DNA of 63,069 nt, counting the filler. It is 11 parts of 11 records of this genome, joined end to end, with 100 filler letters (N's around TTAATTAATTAA, not from the genome) between each part and the next. Parts side by side here need not be neighbours in the genome. Positions count along the whole stretch, not along the records: positions 58,762 to 63,069 come from SRR15195285_1410; 10 more parts are not named here. One strand, written 5' to 3'. Shown here one piece after another: positions 59,613 through 63,069 of the stretch. The translations under genes and the position numbers were made by a program. The notes below the pieces were generated by a model, which had not been told where the DNA came from, did no database searches, and was given only the letters and a program-made list of their open reading frames with translations. How positions within the stretch are numbered: position 1 is the first letter of the stretch; every line of letters starts with the position of its first letter.

Positions 59613-61934
59613 CTAGCCTGCGTTCGTAACGGCGCATTGGCCTCGTGCAACACCCAGTGCCTTCTCGAAGGTTTGCACTGTATGCTCTGTATCCACGTCC
59701 ACTGGTTCGAACAGCTCCGGCTCAAACACAGGTGTAAAATCCATCCCTTCCACCAACTTTGCAAGGATTACATCGCGGCCTGCTTTCGCAATTGCATGGC
59801 AGTCGCAGTCGCAGTCGTTGCCGATGTTCTTGTCATTACCCACACAGAACGGATGTGCCATGCTGCAGCCATGAGACCATGCAAGGTTGCTCATTGCCTG
59901 GCCGTTAGTCTTTCGGACTTTCGTCTGGTAGCTGCTCTGGCAATGCGGCTCGTAAGACGCACAACACTTCCCCTTAGCTATCCATGACGCGTCATCCAAC
60001 TTTGGCCAATGTTCATTCTCATCGCTGGTACCAACGAACAGAACAGGTGTGGCAGCAGATGATACTCCTGCAGGAGCGTTGACGGACGCCCAAGCAGCAG
60101 ACTGAGTAGTAGTCGCAGACTTGGGAAGAGACGCGCCAATAGCAGGTGGAGGTTCAGACAATCGAGTCACCGCGTCACCCTGTGAGCAGTGTGAAGAGGA
60201 GCTGGATTTGCCAGTCAGCTCAGCGAATGCTCGCCGGAATACTTTCGCGTGCGGAGGCTTCATTGCAACTTCCTCGATCAGAGATTCCACCTCCTTCTCG
60301 CTGGCTTCGCGCACGAATATCATGTGGTCATAACCCAAGTTTTTGATGGGAACACTGTACCGACCGAGTTCGAACCTGTCCAACCATACGTCCACATTAG
60401 CCAACCCAGATAGCTGCATTGCCTTGGTTGATCTAGCAGTGAGAGCAAGTTGAGCTCTGAGGGCAACTAGTCGCCCTTCTAACGCTGCAATCTCAGCTTC
60501 AATCTCATTTGCGCACAAGTTTGACATAGCTGTTGTTGCGATGTCTGTTTGTGCAGCCAACGTAGCGTCTGGTGTCTCAGAGGACACTGTGCCGTTCACA
60601 TCAACGTCAACTGAGAGCCGCGGCGTTGGCGCCTCCTGGGCAGCTGGATCAGGCCGTTGGATGAACTGCCTTGGAGGTGTTTCTGTTGTCTGTACTGAAG
60701 TAGCGGTGATGTGTGGTCGCAAGGAAGTTGTCATCTTTGAGCGCTGGGCCTTAGTTTCGGTTGTTTGCCTGTTACACCGGCGACTGGTTACAGTTTCCCA
60801 TGGCTGATCATCGGATGAAGATTCTGCTCGGTTCGGTTTGTCCGACGGCGATGGCTCTGACTCGCAAGCCGTGGTAGCAACACGTTTGCCCTTAAGATCG
60901 TTGCCATGGGTTCGATCGCGCAAATTCGCCGTCCTATCAGGCACAGCAACGTCCTTGATTGCATCTTTGCGTTCGACTTTCTCTCGCACCAGGCTCTGCG
61001 TTGTCTTCGCTCGGTTCTTCGATATGGCGCCAGCTGAAGCGCCGTTAGCAGACTCATTGGCATGCTGATTGTCTTGTGACTTCTCCAGAGTTTGCACCTG
61101 CAGTACGTTCGTGGATGTTTCTGTCTGCGTGCTCTGCATTTCCGGCTGAGGATCCGGCTTGACCTGACTATCCTGGGGAGTGCCGGTGCGTTTGCGTTTG
61201 TCTCGCTTCGGGGTTTTGATTTTCGGTTTCGATTTCCGAGGTGAGCCGTTGCTATTCGATTCACCCTCGATGAAAGCTAACAGTTCCTCCAACGGGATAT
61301 CCTCCTTTTTTTGCCGGGACTGCTCCTGCACCGTGTCGTCACAGCGTGGGCACAGCACATCGGACTGGGACTGGGCCATCTTTCTTTGCTGCAGCATTTT
61401 GAGCATTCGAGTTTTCCTGCGCCCTTCTGTGCCACAGTAGTGGTAGTCTGGACACGAGATTCCATCATCGCAGCAATGGTGACGTGGGCAGGACCTGCCG
61501 GACTGCGTGCATTGGCACTCAGTGCCCAGTCTCGGATCACTCGGAAAATCCTTGGCCATCTTTGGCATTTGACGCACGCAGCTGTCATCATCATGAGGAG
61601 CGGCGACATGGCGATCCTTGACTCCGCAACTCGCGTCTAGCAAAATTTGATACGGTGCAACCTCATCCCAACCCTTTTCCCAGTAGTCAAGCTGCACAAT
61701 TGTGCCTTCCCTCCAAAGTGAGGCTGTCGTCCCGAACACGTCCATCGAACCCTTTGTAAGAGCCAAGACACGATCTCCTACCTTGAACCTGTATGGTTGC
61801 TTCTCAGGTTTGTCAGCAGTATTTTCATCACGCTTACCGATAAATACTTGGTTCGCAGATGTCTCTGGTGGTGTTCGCTGTTCGGTAGATGACGGCTGCT
61901 CGCCCAGCTGTTGGTGCTGTAGTTGCTCGGCCAT
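59613..61934 (-). CDS. Protein with an SH3/KOW-like domain, a FAM193-like motif, a coiled coil, a SAM domain and a Cys-rich C-terminus
   Basis: YRFKVGDRV...W..GTIV...APYQILLD...AP.DDD..VR; EDIPLEELLAFIEG; SAM VDVWL..FELGRY...I..LGYD...MKPPHAKVF. The start codon is uncertain because the frame is open to 62153. Confidence 0.72.
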   Translation of the reverse strand: MAEQLQHQQLGEQPSSTEQRTPPETSANQVFIGKRDENTADKPEKQPYRFKVGDRVLALTKGSMDVFGTTASLWREGTIVQLDYWEKGWDEVAPYQILLDASCGVKDRHVAAPHDDDSCVRQMPKMAKDFPSDPRLGTECQCTQSGRSCPRHHCCDDGISCPDYHYCGTEGRRKTRMLKMLQQRKMAQSQSDVLCPRCDDTVQEQSRQKKEDIPLEELLAFIEGESNSNGSPRKSKPKIKTPKRDKRKRTGTPQDSQVKPDPQPEMQSTQTETSTNVLQVQTLEKSQDNQHANESANGASAGAISKNRAKTTQSLVREKVERKDAIKDVAVPDRTANLRDRTHGNDLKGKRVATTACESEPSPSDKPNRAESSSDDQPWETVTSRRCNRQTTETKAQRSKMTTSLRPHITATSVQTTETPPRQFIQRPDPAAQEAPTPRLSVDVDVNGTVSSETPDATLAAQTDIATTAMSNLCANEIEAEIAALEGRLVALRAQLALTARSTKAMQLSGLANVDVWLDRFELGRYSVPIKNLGYDHMIFVREASEKEVESLIEEVAMKPPHAKVFRRAFAELTGKSSSSSHCSQGDAVTRLSEPPPAIGASLPKSATTTQSAAWASVNAPAGVSSAATPVLFVGTSDENEHWPKLDDASWIAKGKCCASYEPHCQSSYQTKVRKTNGQAMSNLAWSHGCSMAHPFCVGNDKNIGNDCDCDCHAIAKAGRDVILAKLVEGMDFTPVFEPELFEPVDVDTEHTVQTFEKALGVARGQCAVTNAG

Positions 61935-62795
61935 CTTTATGGCGCCCTTCAACGGCTCCAGTCGTAGCTCCGGTTGTAGCTCCGGCGTTGGCTGTTGATC
62001 TGGATTCCCCGTATCGACGATCGGCGCCGCTGGAGGTCTGCTGTTTGCACCACAGCGACGTTGAAGGCTCCCTACCGTAGGTCGTTGAAGCGTGTACCGT
62101 CCCAGCGCGCTACACGACCACGGTGTCTCTCTCGACACGCTATGTGCGCACAAGTGGTGCTTCTCGCTCTCGTGCGTGGCGGGCGTTCCGCCGCCGGTCC
62201 GTTCTCACCGCGGTATCGCATATCGTAGACAGCGAGGACACTGGCCAGCAGCGAGCCAGATCGCGGCGACTACAGTACATGCACGGCCGCGCGCGCGATT
62301 TTGTCATGTACCGGCACACTGAGACATGTACTGTACCGTAGGTGTACCCGCGATGTACCGTTTGTACCGAAGGTACGTATCGCTATCGGCGGCCCGCGAG
62401 CAGAATTTCGTCACCCCGCGGCGGTAGGAGATACTCCTACGCGCATTACAATACAAGAGTTGAGAAGAATTCATGCAGCCATCCGCTACTATGAATAGTA
62501 CAGCTGTACTGTACGCTTGTGCACAAATGCTTGATTGTATCAAATAATCCATTATGCATGTTTGCTGTACTCGCTGTCTTCGTAGATTCACCTCGCACCG
62601 CGCGGTGCACTCGCGCGCCCGAGCTGCATGGCCATGGGTATTCCCTGCTGGTCGTCGGCGCTCGGCTCGGCCGGCGGCGATCGTGTCTGCGGGTAATGGC
62701 TCTAACCCGTTCGGTGCAGAGGGAAGGGAAGGGATTTGTGGTGGCAGATAGAGCAGAGCAGGAGAGACTTCCCGCAGCGCTTACGAGTACGAACG

Positions 62796-63069
62796 ATGGG
62801 CGACGCGGCAGCTGCGTATGTGGGCAACCTCAGCTTCAGCACGACCTTCGAGGGACTCTCTACGTTCATCCAGGAGATGGGCGTATTCGGAGGGACAGTC
62901 GACCTGAAGTTGCGTGACAATGGTAGCTCCATGGGTTGGGCGCTGGTGCATTTCTCTACTCCTGACGAGGCGGCATCTGCAGTGACGCTTTTGAACGGCA
63001 CGACGCTCGACGGCCGAACGTTGCGAGCCAATATCGACCGAGGCGGCGGCGGCGGCGGCGGCGGCGGCG
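62796..63069 (+). CDS. RRM RNA-binding protein with Gly-rich tract (3' partial; absent from the ORF track)
   Basis: MGDAAAAYVGNLSFSTT (RNP2) ... SMGWALVHF (RNP1) ... AV.LLNGTTLDGRTLR..IDRGGGG, running into a (GGC)n repeat at the window end. Confidence 0.88.
   Translation, partial: MGDAAAAYVGNLSFSTTFEGLSTFIQEMGVFGGTVDLKLRDNGSSMGWALVHFSTPDEAASAVTLLNGTTLDGRTLRANIDRGGGGGGGGG

Overview
This is not one continuous locus. It is 11 short contigs (about 3-10 kb) of a GC-rich, gene-dense eukaryotic genome, joined by identical artificial 100-nt linkers (44 N + TTAATTAATTAA + 44 N). Genes carry short GT-AG introns (often GTGCG/GTGAG donors, about 70-160 nt). The content suggests a heterotrophic protist single-cell or metagenome bin; the lineage cannot be established from sequence alone. 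Recognisable genes: a giant membrane protein with 4 PH domains and EF-hands, two PhyH-family dioxygenases, an Eis-like GNAT, a secreted beta-helix protein, a WD40-ankyrin-TRP channel, a Cys/Met PLP enzyme, a KHA/DCX-like protein, an arylsulfatase, an alpha/beta hydrolase, an S28 peptidase, a PAN-GH144-like-DUF2961 fusion, a giant EGF surface protein, a tandem Cache-HAMP receptor, ISWI, MnmA/TRMU, DBP10/DDX54, a SAM protein and an RRM protein. The most notable observations are: (i) nested, circularly permuted in-frame domain insertions in the giant EGF protein; (ii) a K[ST]DD motif closing each catalytic module of the CAZyme fusion; (iii) a probable Polinton-like virus capsid fragment that breaks off at a hairpin whose core recurs at another contig end; (iv) an in-frame TAG at a highly conserved Gln of an otherwise intact ISWI; and (v) adjacent PTS2-bearing enzymes. 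All family assignments come from motif recognition by eye, not from database searches.
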